Shown in pieces: positions 18,723 through 29,737 of a DNA stretch of 44,406 bases (positions within the stretch are counted from its first letter, which is position 1; every line of letters starts with the position of its first letter). Origin of the DNA: Candidatus Binatia bacterium (lineage in GTDB: Bacteria > Desulfobacterota > Binatia > Bin18). A model generated the notes under the pieces. The model saw nothing but the letters and a program-made list of their open reading frames with translations. It made no database searches and was not told the DNA's origin. The DNA lies in NCBI GenBank assembly GCA_963666315.2, contig CAXXHG010000028.1, positions 1-44,406 on the forward strand, in the 5' to 3' direction. The translations under genes were made by a program, and so were the position numbers.

Positions 18723-21288
18723 GCACGGCCCGACCTTTTTCGCCCAGACCCTTTTCCTATAGTTGGGCTTGGAAAATAGACTGGCGCGATAGCTGGGCGA
18801 GTCGGAAACGTCTCCTTTTGACTCTTTCGACAAGCGTGTTCGGTATTGCCGCCCTGATTGCGATTACGTCGTTCGAAGCCAATGTACGCGTCGCCATTCA
18901 AGATCAGGCCAAAACCCTATTCAGCGCGGATTTTGTCATCAGCAGCCGTCAGCCGTTCTCTGCGGAAACAGAAGCGTTAATGCGTACCCTAGGCGGACGG
19001 CAAACGCGTGAGGCCACTATCTCATCTATAGTCTATTTTCCGAAAAACGGCGGGACTCGATTGGCTCAAATACGCGCGCTGAACGGGATTTTTCCTTATT
19101 ATGGACGATTGGAAACAGTCCCGACTGACGCCGCGCAGCGATTTCAGACCGGCCCGTACGCCATCGCCGATAATACCCTTATGCTGCAGTTTGATGCCCA
19201 GGTTGGGGATGCCATCAAAATTGGCGCTTTTATTTTTCAGATTCTCGGTACGCTCAAGAAAGCGCCGGGTGAGGCTGCGGCAGTATCGCTGGCCGGTCCG
19301 CGCCTGTATATTTCTGCGCGCTATCTGGATCAAACCAAACTCATTCAGATGGGCAGCCGTCCGCGCTACAAGGTCTATTTTAAATTAGCCCCAACAGTAG
19401 ATCTTGCCAGATTCCGTGCACAAGCATCTGGCGCACTTTGAGCGGCATCGTCTGGCAAGCGAAACACTCCAGGAACGCCCCAGCAGTATTGGCCTAACGT
19501 TGGAAAATCTGACCCAGTATCTGAATCTTGTCGGCGTTATAGCCCTACTCCTGGGCGGTGTGGGCGTAGCCAGCGGCATGCAAGCTTATATCAAACATAA
19601 ACTCAGTACAGTCGCGATTGTGCGCTGCCCCGGCGCACCGCCCCAGCAAATTTTTGCAGTGTATGTCATCCAAGCGGGTTGCCTGAGTGTTATTGGGGTT
19701 GCTGTGGGCGCCTTCCTGGGCATTGCCATTCAAACGATTTTACCTCAAATTATGCAAGATTTTTTGCCTGTCCGGATCAATTTTTTTGTGGCGTGGGAGG
19801 CCATCCTACAAGGCATAGCCGTGGGTCTGGGCATCGCGCTGCTGTTTGCTCTGCCGCCTCTCCCGTCAGTTCGCACGGTCTCACCCCTGCACGCACTGCG
19901 CATCTCAGCCCTGGATCTTGCTGTGACAGGCAAGGACCCCTGGCGCCGTCGGCTGTATGTCGTTTTGGCGGCGAGCATACTCGGGTTTGCCGTCATGCAG
20001 ACGCGCCAGTGGTCGCACGCGCTCAGTTTTGTTGCCGCTCTAGCCATCGCAGGCGGACTGTTAGTACTGACCGCACATGGGCTGACACGTCTGGTCCTAG
20101 CCTATTTCCCCTCGGGCTGGACGTTTGAGTGGCGCCAAGGCTGAGCCAATCTGTATCGTCCTCAGAACCAAACGCTCACCCTGCTCCTCTCACTCGGACT
20201 CGGCACGTTTCTCCTGCTCACGCTGTATTTGACACAATCTATGCTGCTCAAAATGTAGAATTATCCGGCGGCGCCAATCAGCCCAACCTCATCCTCTTCG
20301 ACATTCATCCGGATCAGGAAGCCGCCGTTGCCCACTTAGTCCGCTCCTTTCATCTCCCGATTCTCGAAACTGCACCCATTGTGACCATGCGTCTTTTGAC
20401 GATTAAAGGGCGCGCTATTGCGGATATCCGCAGAGGCCCGGACGCTGCCGATGCCGAGTGGCCGTTGCAGCGGGAATATCTTGCGACGTATCGAGCCGAA
20501 CTCATCGACACAGAATCCCTGGCTGCCGGCAGCTGGCAAGGACAGGTTGCTGCTGCGGATGAGGACCAGCCCATCCCCATTTCTCTTGAGCAGGAGATTG
20601 CTAAAATACTATGGGTGAGCGTCGGTGATGAACTGGTCTTCGATGTCCAGGGTGTGCCGGTAACGACTGTGGTGGGAAGTATCCGTGCCGTCGATTGGCA
20701 GCGTGTCCGGCCGAATTTCTTTGTGGTGTTTCCCACCGGCGTCTTGGAAGCCGCGCCGCGCTTTGTCGTGTTCGTCAGTCGAATTGAGGATTCGGCACGG
20801 CTTGCGGCGGTTCAACGCGCCGTGGTACAGCAATTTCGGAACGTGTCGGCGATTGATCTGGATTTAATCCTGCAAACGTTTGATACTTTGTTAGGCAAGA
20901 TAACCTTTGCCTTTCGGTTTATGGCTTTCTTCAGCCTAGCAACCGGATTGGTTGTTTTAGCCAGCGCCGTCAGCGCAGGCCGCTATCAACGCCTCAAAGA
21001 AAAGTGCGGCTGCGCACCCTGGGGGCAGCCCGTTCGCAACTCAAACGCATCCTCTTTATCGAATATTTATTTCTAGGCAGTTTTGCGTCTCTGGCCGGAG
21101 TTTTACTCGCGTTATTGGGCAGTTGGGCGCTGGCCTATTACTTATTTGAAACGGTTTTCGCACCCGACGTAGCGGCCATCGTGGGTAGGGTTTTCCTGGT
21201 CGTCAGCCTCACCATAGGGATCGGTCTCTTAGGGAAACGAGGGGTGTATGACCGTTCTCCGCTGGAGGTGTTGCGAGATGATGTGTAG
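18719..21288 (+). pseudogene. ybbP: ABC transporter permease (YbbP/FtsX-like), disrupted
   Basis: Pieces 18719-19441, 19404-20144, ~20250-21000 and 21004-21288 in different frames; in-frame TGA in RQG*ANLYRPQNQT; motifs PYYG, LLLGGVGVA, PNLILFDI, LRTLGA.R, PLEVLR. Confidence 0.88.
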
Positions 21289-21778
21289 ACAGAAAAAAGG
21301 GCATCTTTCCGGAGAAGACGCCCTCTCTCCAATGGCAATAGCATTACGTTCTGTCTCTCGTTCTCTGATATCCCGTCCTGTCCGCAGATGAGACGACGAT
21401 CCGTCACTGCGTCAGCTACCCGGGGCTTTTTCGGAGTCCGCGTTATCTCTAACCTCGCGTTTCTTATAGTCATGATGACTATTGCAGCGCCATCATGACT
21501 CGCTCTATTCGAAGAGTTCCGTCAAGGTGGACGTTAGGCAGTCTGAGGCTGATCTCGCCTTGTAGAACAGACATCGCCCGCAGACAGCAGGCCCCTATAG
21601 TCCGGCGGAATAGCATCCCCCATAACTCACTTTCTATGATATATAAAAATGAGGGTTCTTCAATGGTCGCGTGCCATCTTCGCCCTCCGCACTCGATTGG
21701 AGGTTGCGGGTGTACTTTTCGTCCTACACCCGTTAGCTCGCTGCCGTCAAATTTTTTTGTGGCTTATAAAATTGAACC

Positions 21779-22942
21779 CTAGAGGTCTCGATCTAAGCCG
21801 CGCTTAGCAATGATTTCGCGCATAATCTCTGCGGTCCCACCGGCAATCGAGGCCTGCCGAATATCACGGTAAAATCGCTCAACCGCAAACTCTTTCATAT
21901 AGCCATAGCCGCCATGCAGCTGGACACACTCGTATGCAATCTTATTCGCAAGGTTACAGCCATACAGCTTTGCCATAGAGACCTCAGTACTGCAGTCACG
22001 TCCGCTGGCGAGCACATCGGCCGCGTAATATGTCAGTTGTCGGGCGGCTTCCAATTCCGTCGCCATATCAGCCAGGCGATGCGCCACGACCTGATGATCG
22101 AAGATGCGCTGTCCGAACGTCTCGCGCTCACGTGTATATTTGAGCGTATCTTCGAGCGCTTGTTGCGAGGCACTCACAGCCATAATCGCCGCTATCAGCC
22201 GTTCGTCTTGAAAATTCTGCATGATGTAGTAGAAGCCCTTGCTTTCTTCACCCAGGAGATTTTGGCGCGGCACCCGCATGTCTTCAAAAACCAGCTCACC
22301 TGTGTCTGAGCTATGACAGCCCATTTTGTCCAGTTTTTTGGCGAGGCTAAATCCAGGTGTATCCCGCTCGACAAGAAACAGGGATATGCCACGCGCCTGC
22401 GCGTCTTTGTCGGTCTTGGCCGCTATGCAAAACACATCCCCGTGGACGGCGTTGGTAATGAAAATCTTGGAGCCATTGATGACGTAACTATCACCGTCTC
22501 TGACCGCGGTCGTTCGCATGCTTGCCACATCAGAGCCGCCTGAGGGCTCGGTGACACCAATAGCGCACACTGCCTCGCCCGTTATCATAGGGCGCAAATA
22601 TTTCTCTTTTTGCTCGTCCGTTCCATTCCGCGCGATATGTGTTGAAGACATATCCGTATGCACCATGACACTCGTCGGCAAGCCCAGAGCCCGACAGCGA
22701 CACAGCTCTTCACAGAACACGAGCGTCATCCAAATGTCACCACCACTGCCCCCGTACTCAACCGGGTGACGTATCCCGAGGAAGCCGAGCTCGCCCATGC
22801 GCCGGTAAAGAGATTTGGGGAAAAGACCTTCGTCTTCCCATTGATCAATATGAGGAGATATTTCTTTGCTGACAAAGTTGCGGACTTGCTCACGGAATAT
22901 TTGGTGGTCTTCACTAAAGAATCGAGATGGCGCCGTTAGCAT
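21779..22942 (-). CDS. Acyl-CoA dehydrogenase
   Basis: AIGVTEPSGGSDVA, INGSKIFITN, KMG.H.SDT.EL.FED, QLHGGYGYM.EF.VER.YRD, I.GGT.EIMREII. Confidence 0.95.
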   Translation of the reverse strand: MLTAPSRFFSEDHQIFREQVRNFVSKEISPHIDQWEDEGLFPKSLYRRMGELGFLGIRHPVEYGGSGGDIWMTLVFCEELCRCRALGLPTSVMVHTDMSSTHIARNGTDEQKEKYLRPMITGEAVCAIGVTEPSGGSDVASMRTTAVRDGDSYVINGSKIFITNAVHGDVFCIAAKTDKDAQARGISLFLVERDTPGFSLAKKLDKMGCHSSDTGELVFEDMRVPRQNLLGEESKGFYYIMQNFQDERLIAAIMAVSASQQALEDTLKYTRERETFGQRIFDHQVVAHRLADMATELEAARQLTYYAADVLASGRDCSTEVSMAKLYGCNLANKIAYECVQLHGGYGYMKEFAVERFYRDIRQASIAGGTAEIMREIIAKRGLDRDL

Positions 22943-23027
22943 GCGTATTCTTAGCCTCCTGTTGTCATATCGGACTGAACCTAGACGCTGCCCTTCAACC
23001 GGTCAAGATAATCAGACACTACGCGAG

Positions 23028-23511
23028 TTACGACGTCTTGGATTCGAGGTCTAAGCGTTTTGTCGTCTGGATAAACCGTTCGCGGAAGCCTGAGGCAATA
23101 TAGAGTTGTTTGGCAACCGTATTCTGAGACAACACCAGGAGGCGCAGCGTAGTCGCGCCCCGCTCGCGTGCGTACTGCTCGGCCCGTGACAGTAGCGCTC
23201 GTCCGAGTCCGCGTCCCCGATACGGTGTCAACACTGCTAGGTCTGAGACATAAGCGAATCCTTTGGGAACCTCGTCCGGGTCATTAATTGTCATATGAGC
23301 GTATACACACACAAGAACCCGACCGCCTTACAAACACCTGCCCGGCCCACCTCTCGCACCCGGCAAACATCAGCTTGAGATACGCATCGGCAACCTCTTC
23401 ACCCCGAGGGAGTTCAGGTTCAAACTCGCGTTCCGCTTCTTGGAGTTCGACGAAACAAGCGCGTACCGCGGGCGCATCTCGCTGAGGGTCATAGTCTCGA
23501 ACGCTAGCCAT
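23028..23511 (-). pseudogene. GNAT family N-acetyltransferase split by frameshift
   Basis: N-half 23284-23511 and C-half 23028-23312 (YVSDLAV...YRGRGLGRALL..AE..AR..GA..LRL.VL..N..A..LY...GF); break lies around a TG dinucleotide run. Confidence 0.8.
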
Positions 23512-23575
23512 AGCGTCTCCCCTTTCACAGCATCAGCATTGATTACGCTTTGATGAGACGGAGAGAGGCGAGGTT

Positions 23576-24514
23576 TCAGGCGAGAAGATTATTGCGCACC
23601 ACGTTGAGTTGAAGCCGCGCGTAACCGCGCTCTTCGGCCTCTAGATGCTCGGCGATTTCTGTGTGTATCGTCGGAAGCTGGCGCCAGGGAATTGCTGGCC
23701 AGGCGTGGTGTTCCGCATGGTAGTTCATATTCCACAGCCACCAGCTAATGAAGGGCGAGGTCAGCATTGTTCGTGTTCGGGCCAGGATAGACCCTTCGTA
23801 CGGCAATCCGGTGTGCTCCGTTGTGATCCACAGCACTTGGAAAACGTGGCCGATGAGGGCTGCTAAAAGAATCCAGCTCATGCCGGAGGGACCAACAACA
23901 GCCGCAATAATAAGCGCGAGCCAACACAGGCCAATAATGCGGGATTCCCAGGCCAGCCTCGGGCGTTGCTCAATTGAGGGTACCCAAGGCGCCCGCTCCT
24001 CCCATTGCGCATAGGACAGAAACGAGAAGCGCACCAGGATGCTGCCCTTCAGGATAGTCAGACCCATACCGGAGGCCATCATCAGCCAGCCTTTCAGACT
24101 GGTTGGCCAGCGGGCGGGCTGACTGGAGGCAGTCATGAGTTCGGGGTCTTTTTGCGGGTCCTGGGTGTGGCGATGATGCTCAAAGTGAAAGGCACGGTAG
24201 ACGGCCGGTGCCATTCCAAACGGAATCCCGGACAGCCAAGCGCTAATCTCGTTGAGCCGCTTTGATTGGAATGCGGTCTGATGCGTACACTCATGGAATG
24301 GAGCAAACAGGGTAGCCCAGATCGCTCCAAGCAAAACCGTCACAGGAGCCGCAACAAGGGGCACCCCTGATACCCCCACGACGAAACCAACGCACAGGAA
24401 GAAGGCGCTGAGTTGCAACGTCAATCGAATAATAGAAGGAAGGTCACGACGCTGCTGCAGCGCTCGGAGCGTCTCGCGGTTGAGGAGCGGCCGATGTTCA
24501 AAGCTCTCGTCCAC
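23576..24514 (-). CDS. Fatty acid desaturase family protein
   Basis: His boxes HECTH, HFEHHRH, TEH, YHAEHH. Confidence 0.9.
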   Translation of the reverse strand: MDESFEHRPLLNRETLRALQQRRDLPSIIRLTLQLSAFFLCVGFVVGVSGVPLVAAPVTVLLGAIWATLFAPFHECTHQTAFQSKRLNEISAWLSGIPFGMAPAVYRAFHFEHHRHTQDPQKDPELMTASSQPARWPTSLKGWLMMASGMGLTILKGSILVRFSFLSYAQWEERAPWVPSIEQRPRLAWESRIIGLCWLALIIAAVVGPSGMSWILLAALIGHVFQVLWITTEHTGLPYEGSILARTRTMLTSPFISWWLWNMNYHAEHHAWPAIPWRQLPTIHTEIAEHLEAEERGYARLQLNVVRNNLLA

Positions 24515-24576
24515 GCGGACACGCTATAACCGCCCCCCATAATCGTCAAGGGAGAAAGAGCGGTACCAAGATATGA

Positions 24577-25232
24577 GAGGTCTTGTCAAGAAGTGTAGAA
24601 ATACAATAGCGGCACAGTTGAGAAAAGAGAGGGAGTCCGCTGCTGGGTGACGGACTCCCTTCCCGTGCGTGCAGGTCGCTACAGGCTGCAGCCTCTGCGG
24701 TGGTCCTCCACCATCACGCCCAGCAGCAGCCCGGCTAGAAATCTGCCCAGCAAGCCGCGTAAAGCCAGGTCAAAGTCGCCCAACGCTAACCCATGTAAGT
24801 ATAACTCAGGCAGCAACTTGCCCACCTGCTTGGTGTGGCGTTTGAACATGGGGAGGACTCGACTTTCAAACCGCTCCGGCAAGTCTCGGACACGCGGACG
24901 GCGGACCGTGATCGTCCCGATTGGTGTACCTAACTTCCGCGGCTTCCCGTGGCCATTGCGATACCCCATGGACGCCGGGCTGGTCTTGCGGCGGGCCGAT
25001 TTAGGCCGCCCTAATAGCTCAGTAACCTTTTCTTCCAGCAGAGTTTGGATGAACTTCTGGATATGCTCACGGACATACTCTTCCAGGTGGTCCCAGGATG
25101 GGCGAGACGATGACTGTAACGATGTGACTGGCCGTGTCATGGTGGCTCCTCTTTACACTCCAGGGGCAGTTCGGTTTTATCCAATCTGGATATGCCACCT
25201 GGCGCTACTTCCACACCGTTTGGTATTACCTC
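24577..25232 (-). mobile_element. Internally deleted IS256-family element with both ends and 8-bp target site duplication
   Basis: AGATATGA at 24569-24576 and 25233-25240. Imperfect terminal IRs GAGGTCTTGTCAAGAAGTGTAGAA / GAGGTAATACCAAACGGTGTGGAA. Transposase N-terminus at 24679-25140 (GYRNGHGKPR.L....G.I.VRRPRVR...FES..LP...LYLHGLA.GDF). Confidence 0.88.
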
Positions 25233-25555
25233 AGATATGATGATTGAGAGTATTAGGCGTTACTCCTTTTTCTTTCATGGCAGCGCGCCAAGCTCACACG
25301 TCGGAGACCATCACATCCCTCCCAAGCCGTCTATCCGTCTTTCTCCTGCTCTCACGAAAATCTAACCAAAATCTTACAGGAATCTTATGACTTAGAGACG
25401 ATGGGGGCCTATCCTTGTGTCACTGGAGTAGTTGAAGGAGTAGAGGGTGCTGGAGCAGGGTTATACTGAAGAAATATTCAAACAGTTCAACAACTAGATG
25501 ATGCAACAGGCAAGCCACTGCCGCAACCAACTAAACAAGAAGGAGAGCGTGACCC

Positions 25556-26110
25556 ATGAAACGAATTCAAGGGTGCAATCTGTGCTTCACCGCCATTTTC
25601 TTTTTCCTCGTGCTGGGCGTGGGAACAGGCACGGCCACAAGTCAAACGGACTCAGCAAAGGACTACCAACAGCCGAACCTCAAACAAGAGCTTCAGGAGG
25701 TGGTTGAGCATTACCCGCTCGTTGCGCACGCCAACTCATCACTTCTAGATCACCAATCTTCTGCTCCCTGCAATCTGGACGACGCGTGCTTTGTCTCCTA
25801 CCAGGACTTTTGCCTGGCTAGCGGTCGCAATCCCACGTATTGCCTCGAGAATGCCCTAGCAGCTTGTTGCGAACAACCGGTACTAGCACCGCCGGGGACC
25901 GCGCCCTGTCCGAGCGGAGAGCCGTTGCCCGGGAACGTCGTGACAAGTAGTTCTGAAGTGTTCACGGCTGCGGCGAAGAGTCTCCTGCCTGCCTGCAACC
26001 TCCCCGCGGAGTTCGGCCGCTGTAGTTGCATCCTCGACGAACTCCAAACATCGTGCGACATCGTTAATCGCAGCCTGGACGCCGGATTCTGCATGAGAGT
26101 GGTGGAGTAG
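25556..26110 (+). CDS. Secreted cysteine-rich hypothetical protein
   Basis: AAGGAG RBS, signal peptide, 12 Cys in the mature part arranged 6+6 around a Pro-rich linker. Confidence 0.65.
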   Translation: MKRIQGCNLCFTAIFFFLVLGVGTGTATSQTDSAKDYQQPNLKQELQEVVEHYPLVAHANSSLLDHQSSAPCNLDDACFVSYQDFCLASGRNPTYCLENALAACCEQPVLAPPGTAPCPSGEPLPGNVVTSSSEVFTAAAKSLLPACNLPAEFGRCSCILDELQTSCDIVNRSLDAGFCMRVVE

Positions 26111-26450
26111 GAAGCGGTGATCGGGTCTGCAGAGATGCCATGGCTTTGGCGCTGTGGGGGGGGCCTTACCAGTGGATACACGGGGGCAGTCCGTGGCCAA
26201 GGAACCCCACTTCCCCTCAACTGCCTTCGTGAATTCGTTATCCGAGGCGCCCATCAGGCTAGTCAAGATCCGTCTCTCCGTACCAGACATTGCGCTTCGC
26301 ACGCAGGTCAGGTAGGCGGGCGGGAGCTGGTATCCGCAGGAACGCATCGGGGAGCTCAGGTATAACCACGCCGTGCACTTGTGGCGGACAAGCCTGATCG
26401 TGGGACATGGTTTGTAGATGTAGATACATCTGCTCGTACTTTAATTAGAG

Positions 26451-27015
26451 TTAGCTGTTATAATCTGTGGCCTGTATTTTCTCTCCGGTAACAAAGTTGT
26501 ACGAGTCGATAATGAGCTGGGATGTCACTTCCAGTTCTTGCATGGACTGCGGGGTATAGAGCATGACAAACCCTTCCTATCCTTCTCGCTGACCAGCCCA
26601 AAGATGTCGGATTGCCCAGCCTGCCTGCACTGCTTCGTCGGCACCTTTTGGTGCCAGTGAGACATGCAAACTGCCATCGGGATGGATGTGGGCGAACTCT
26701 CGCTCAGCGATAATATTCGGGATGGACAAGAGTAAGGCTATCGCCTAACCACAGACCCCACGCGCCAGGTAAAGAGATGATGGATGGGCGCTTCTCGACC
26801 CCAGGCAGGATATACACCCGTCGAAACAGTTCGGTGTTGACTTCTGGCACGGGTTCTACCCCAATCTGGATGTGGGGGACACCTGGTGTCGTTTTTGGTC
26901 GTGGGCTGGCCCGCTGAGGTAAAGGAACGTCATCTTTCCCCGTTGTTTCGCCGGCAGCTACGACTATCACCAGCATTACGAACAAGATTATTTTTAAAAA
27001 CAGGCGGTTTCTCAT
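26451..27015 (-). pseudogene. DUF5519 / 'luciferase-like' domain protein, frameshift plus nonsense
   Basis: LPQR.SPRP.TT..VPH.Q, then after a frameshift near 26715 REFAHIHPDGSLH.SL...AV.AGWA..H...G*EGFVMLYTP....EL.V...LI.DSY.FVTG; stop at 26451. Confidence 0.75.
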
Positions 27016-27097
27016 TTCACATCTCCCTTGTGTTTGACACGGTTCTCCAGCTTTGTTGAGATTGTCCCATCCGGAGGCATGGGAAGACGGCAAAATT

Positions 27098-27583
27098 ATG
27101 GAAAAAGTTTCGATATTCGTGGATGTTCAAAATATCTATTACACCACAAAACAATGCCACAACTGCCATTTCAATTATAATGCGTTTTGGGATTATGCCA
27201 CGGCAAAGAGAGAAATTGTCACCGCCATTGCTTATGCCATTGATAGACGCGATGAAAAACAGCAACAATTTCAAAAGATACTGAGAGGAATTGGGTTTGA
27301 AGTAAAACTCAAGCCGTTTATTCAAAGACGTGATGGCTCAGCAAAAGGGGATTGGGATGTTGGTATCACACTCGATGTGATGGAATACGCACAGAAATCA
27401 GACGTCGTGATCTTGGCATCTGGAGATGGCGATTTTGATGTGTTGGTCAATAAAATCAAGAAAGACTTCCGTATTTCCGTTGAAATATACGGCGTCCGCC
27501 CACTTACTGCTGACTCATTGATTCGGGCGGCATCAAAGTTCGTACCAATTGAAGATGACTTGCTCCTGAAGGTCGCGAGGTAA
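27098..27583 (+). CDS. NYN domain (LabA/DUF88, PIN-like) protein
   Basis: IFVDVQNIYY, KGDWDVGITLD, LASGDGDF..L, VEIYGV..LTA.SL...AS.F; AT-richer than its neighbours. Confidence 0.9.
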   Translation: MEKVSIFVDVQNIYYTTKQCHNCHFNYNAFWDYATAKREIVTAIAYAIDRRDEKQQQFQKILRGIGFEVKLKPFIQRRDGSAKGDWDVGITLDVMEYAQKSDVVILASGDGDFDVLVNKIKKDFRISVEIYGVRPLTADSLIRAASKFVPIEDDLLLKVAR

Positions 27584-27604
27584 TACAGAAAAAGGCCTAC
27601 CCAT

Positions 27605-27964
27605 TTATTTACGAGGAGGATTTTTCCGGGCTGCTATGAGCTGGTCTATCCTTACCTGTATGAGTCCTTTTTCCACCTCGGCGAACTCGGTCTTGTTCAG
27701 CAGCTGTATTCGTCCCTCCTCACCTATTTCCCCTCTTCGAAGTTTTGTAAAAATCAGTCGGGCCGTTCTCTCTCGCAACTCTGCCACTCTGATATCAGTC
27801 CTTTCATTGTCCAGGGCTCTTATCCGCTCGAGTACCGACTTCTGGTCCTGCAGAGACAGCTCGGCTGCCTGCATCTCGTGACGAATCGTGGCGGCATCTA
27901 ATTTTCTGGTACGCAGTCGTCGCCACAGGTCCAGCACAAGTTGGTTTAGTTCCCTCTTCTGCAT
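27605..27964 (-). CDS. Hypothetical helical protein
   Basis: 119-aa charged ORF, no recognised motif. Confidence 0.55.
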   Translation of the reverse strand: MQKRELNQLVLDLWRRLRTRKLDAATIRHEMQAAELSLQDQKSVLERIRALDNERTDIRVAELRERTARLIFTKLRRGEIGEEGRIQLLNKTEFAEVEKGLIQVRIDQLIAARKNPPRK

Positions 27965-28024
27965 AATGCCCTTACAAGAGATGGCCGTATTTTTTAGGAA
28001 AATTCAGCCTCTCAGTATGGCTGC

Positions 28025-29353
28025 CTATGACCGCTGAGGGACGGTGGAGGAAACAAGAGCGCCGGTTTCTATCCCATACCGAAAGATGTGGCGAACAGCC
28101 GAACGGGGGGAGATATTGCTCAGATCCGCTAGCCCCGATGGGGGGAACTCCCAGCGACTCAGATCTATTCCCAAAGTGCCCAGACACCGCTGCAGCGGCT
28201 CGACCGGCATACCGAACACATACAGCCTGACCCGAGTAGCGAAAAGAGCGCTGAGAGCGGCCAGCGTGCCGCCTTCGACTTCTCGATAGAAGCCCTCTTC
28301 AAAGAGTTGGATCAGGTTACTAATACCCAGCGCATAGCCTATATACTCTTGTTGAAACCGCACGAGATATTCAGTCAGCCGAAAATTTTCGCCTATCCGT
28401 GACACCAGCACGTGTCGCCCCAACTGATTCAGACGCGCAACCCGGTGCAGCACCTCTGCCGCTGCCGGCGTCTCGGCTCTCGAGAGATTGGAAAGAGTAA
28501 TTTCCGGCACCCCAATCGGAGTTCTTTGGCCGTTGCCGACTTCCTTTTTCAACTCCTCGGTTGCCACGGAGAGCAGTTCTTCATACACGCTCTCACTTTC
28601 CCGAAAACCTCCCCGCTCGATGACCACGGGCCGTTTATAGAGCGCATCGATGGGTGCTATAGGCAATCCGCCCGGCTCAAAGAGGATGGCGCTGCACAGC
28701 GGCACCTGCAGGAGTTGAAGATTCACTTGGCCCGATTCGCACGCAGCAAAGGTCGGACCGTCTACGGACAGATAGTCAACTTCTATCCGCTCCAGCGACA
28801 GATCATCGAGCAGCGCGGGCAGAAAAGCGCCCAAGTCCTCTCGCAAATAAAATGCCCCGTAGATAACATTAATACCCAGAATACCCAGCGCCTCTTGCTG
28901 GAGCAGATTCGTGGCATCTCGCATATGGGCATGAAGAATAATGGTGTTTGGTTGCGAGCCGGGCACGGACTGGAAACGCAATCCCAGCCAGCCGTGACAA
29001 ATATTGGTGCCATAGTAATTTTGCGCCGAGACCGTGCTGGCAAAGGCGAAGAAAGTCGTTTCTGCGCCTCTCTTCTCCTGCAGGCGAGAGACAAGCAAAG
29101 CGAATTCGCTTTCCAGCATCCGCTCCAGCCGCTCCTGGGAAACATGCCTGCCCACCTGCCCATAGCGCTCATCGCTGACGGTCATGTCGTAGGCAGAGAC
29201 GGTTTGCGCCACCGTGCCCGACGTTGCCCCTACCCGGAAAAACCATGCGGCAACTTCCTGGCCGGCGCCAATCTCAGCTATCGTGCCGTAGATATTCCGC
29301 GCGAGGTTGAGCGTGAGAGCCTTTTGATGCGTATCGAGTGTGTCTTGCGGCAT
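28025..29353 (-). CDS. Conserved hypothetical protein (family loosely annotated as nucleotidyltransferase-like)
   Basis: KAL.LNL...IYGT.AEIGAGQEVA.WFFRVGA.SGTVA.T.SAYDM..SD..YG; CHGWLG.RFQ; QQEALGILG.N.IYGAF; LYK.P...ERG.FR. Confidence 0.8.
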   Translation of the reverse strand: MPQDTLDTHQKALTLNLARNIYGTIAEIGAGQEVAAWFFRVGATSGTVAQTVSAYDMTVSDERYGQVGRHVSQERLERMLESEFALLVSRLQEKRGAETTFFAFASTVSAQNYYGTNICHGWLGLRFQSVPGSQPNTIILHAHMRDATNLLQQEALGILGINVIYGAFYLREDLGAFLPALLDDLSLERIEVDYLSVDGPTFAACESGQVNLQLLQVPLCSAILFEPGGLPIAPIDALYKRPVVIERGGFRESESVYEELLSVATEELKKEVGNGQRTPIGVPEITLSNLSRAETPAAAEVLHRVARLNQLGRHVLVSRIGENFRLTEYLVRFQQEYIGYALGISNLIQLFEEGFYREVEGGTLAALSALFATRVRLYVFGMPVEPLQRCLGTLGIDLSRWEFPPSGLADLSNISPRSAVRHIFRYGIETGALVSSTVPQRS

Positions 29354-29380
29354 ATCCAGTGAGGGAGTTTCTGTACGCTA

Positions 29381-29737
29381 TTACCTCTCCACTATTGAGG
29401 CTTCATCCACGATGAAAGTGACACAGTTTGCTAAATCAAGGAACTTCTCTTCATCCGGTCGGATGATTTCTATATAACGGGGTTCAGTAAACGCTTTTTG
29501 CAGTTCGTCCACACTCTCGAACCAGATCTCCGCGATCCCATCGTACGCCGGGATGGCTTGGGGCGGGAATAATGCGCTCAGGCCTTGTACGGTATGCGAC
29601 TGGATATATTTGCGAAAATAGCGGCTGAACTCCGTTACATCCATGACCAACGGCGCGTGCGTCTCTTCCCAATACTGATGAAATTCTTCTTCCGACATGC
29701 TCGGCTTACGGCGCAAACAACCCATGAGCTTAACCAT
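29381..29737 (-). CDS. EthD domain protein
   Basis: LRRKP.MS.EEF..YW...HAPLV...Y.Q.H...YDGIAE.WF.S...IRPDEEKFLD; AAGGAG RBS. Confidence 0.9.
   Translation of the reverse strand: MVKLMGCLRRKPSMSEEEFHQYWEETHAPLVMDVTEFSRYFRKYIQSHTVQGLSALFPPQAIPAYDGIAEIWFESVDELQKAFTEPRYIEIIRPDEEKFLDLANCVTFIVDEASIVER

Noticed and set aside
26117-26400. Possible HicB-like remnant on the minus strand (GVVIPELPDAF)
   Set aside because: Similarity is limited to a few residues and does not continue.
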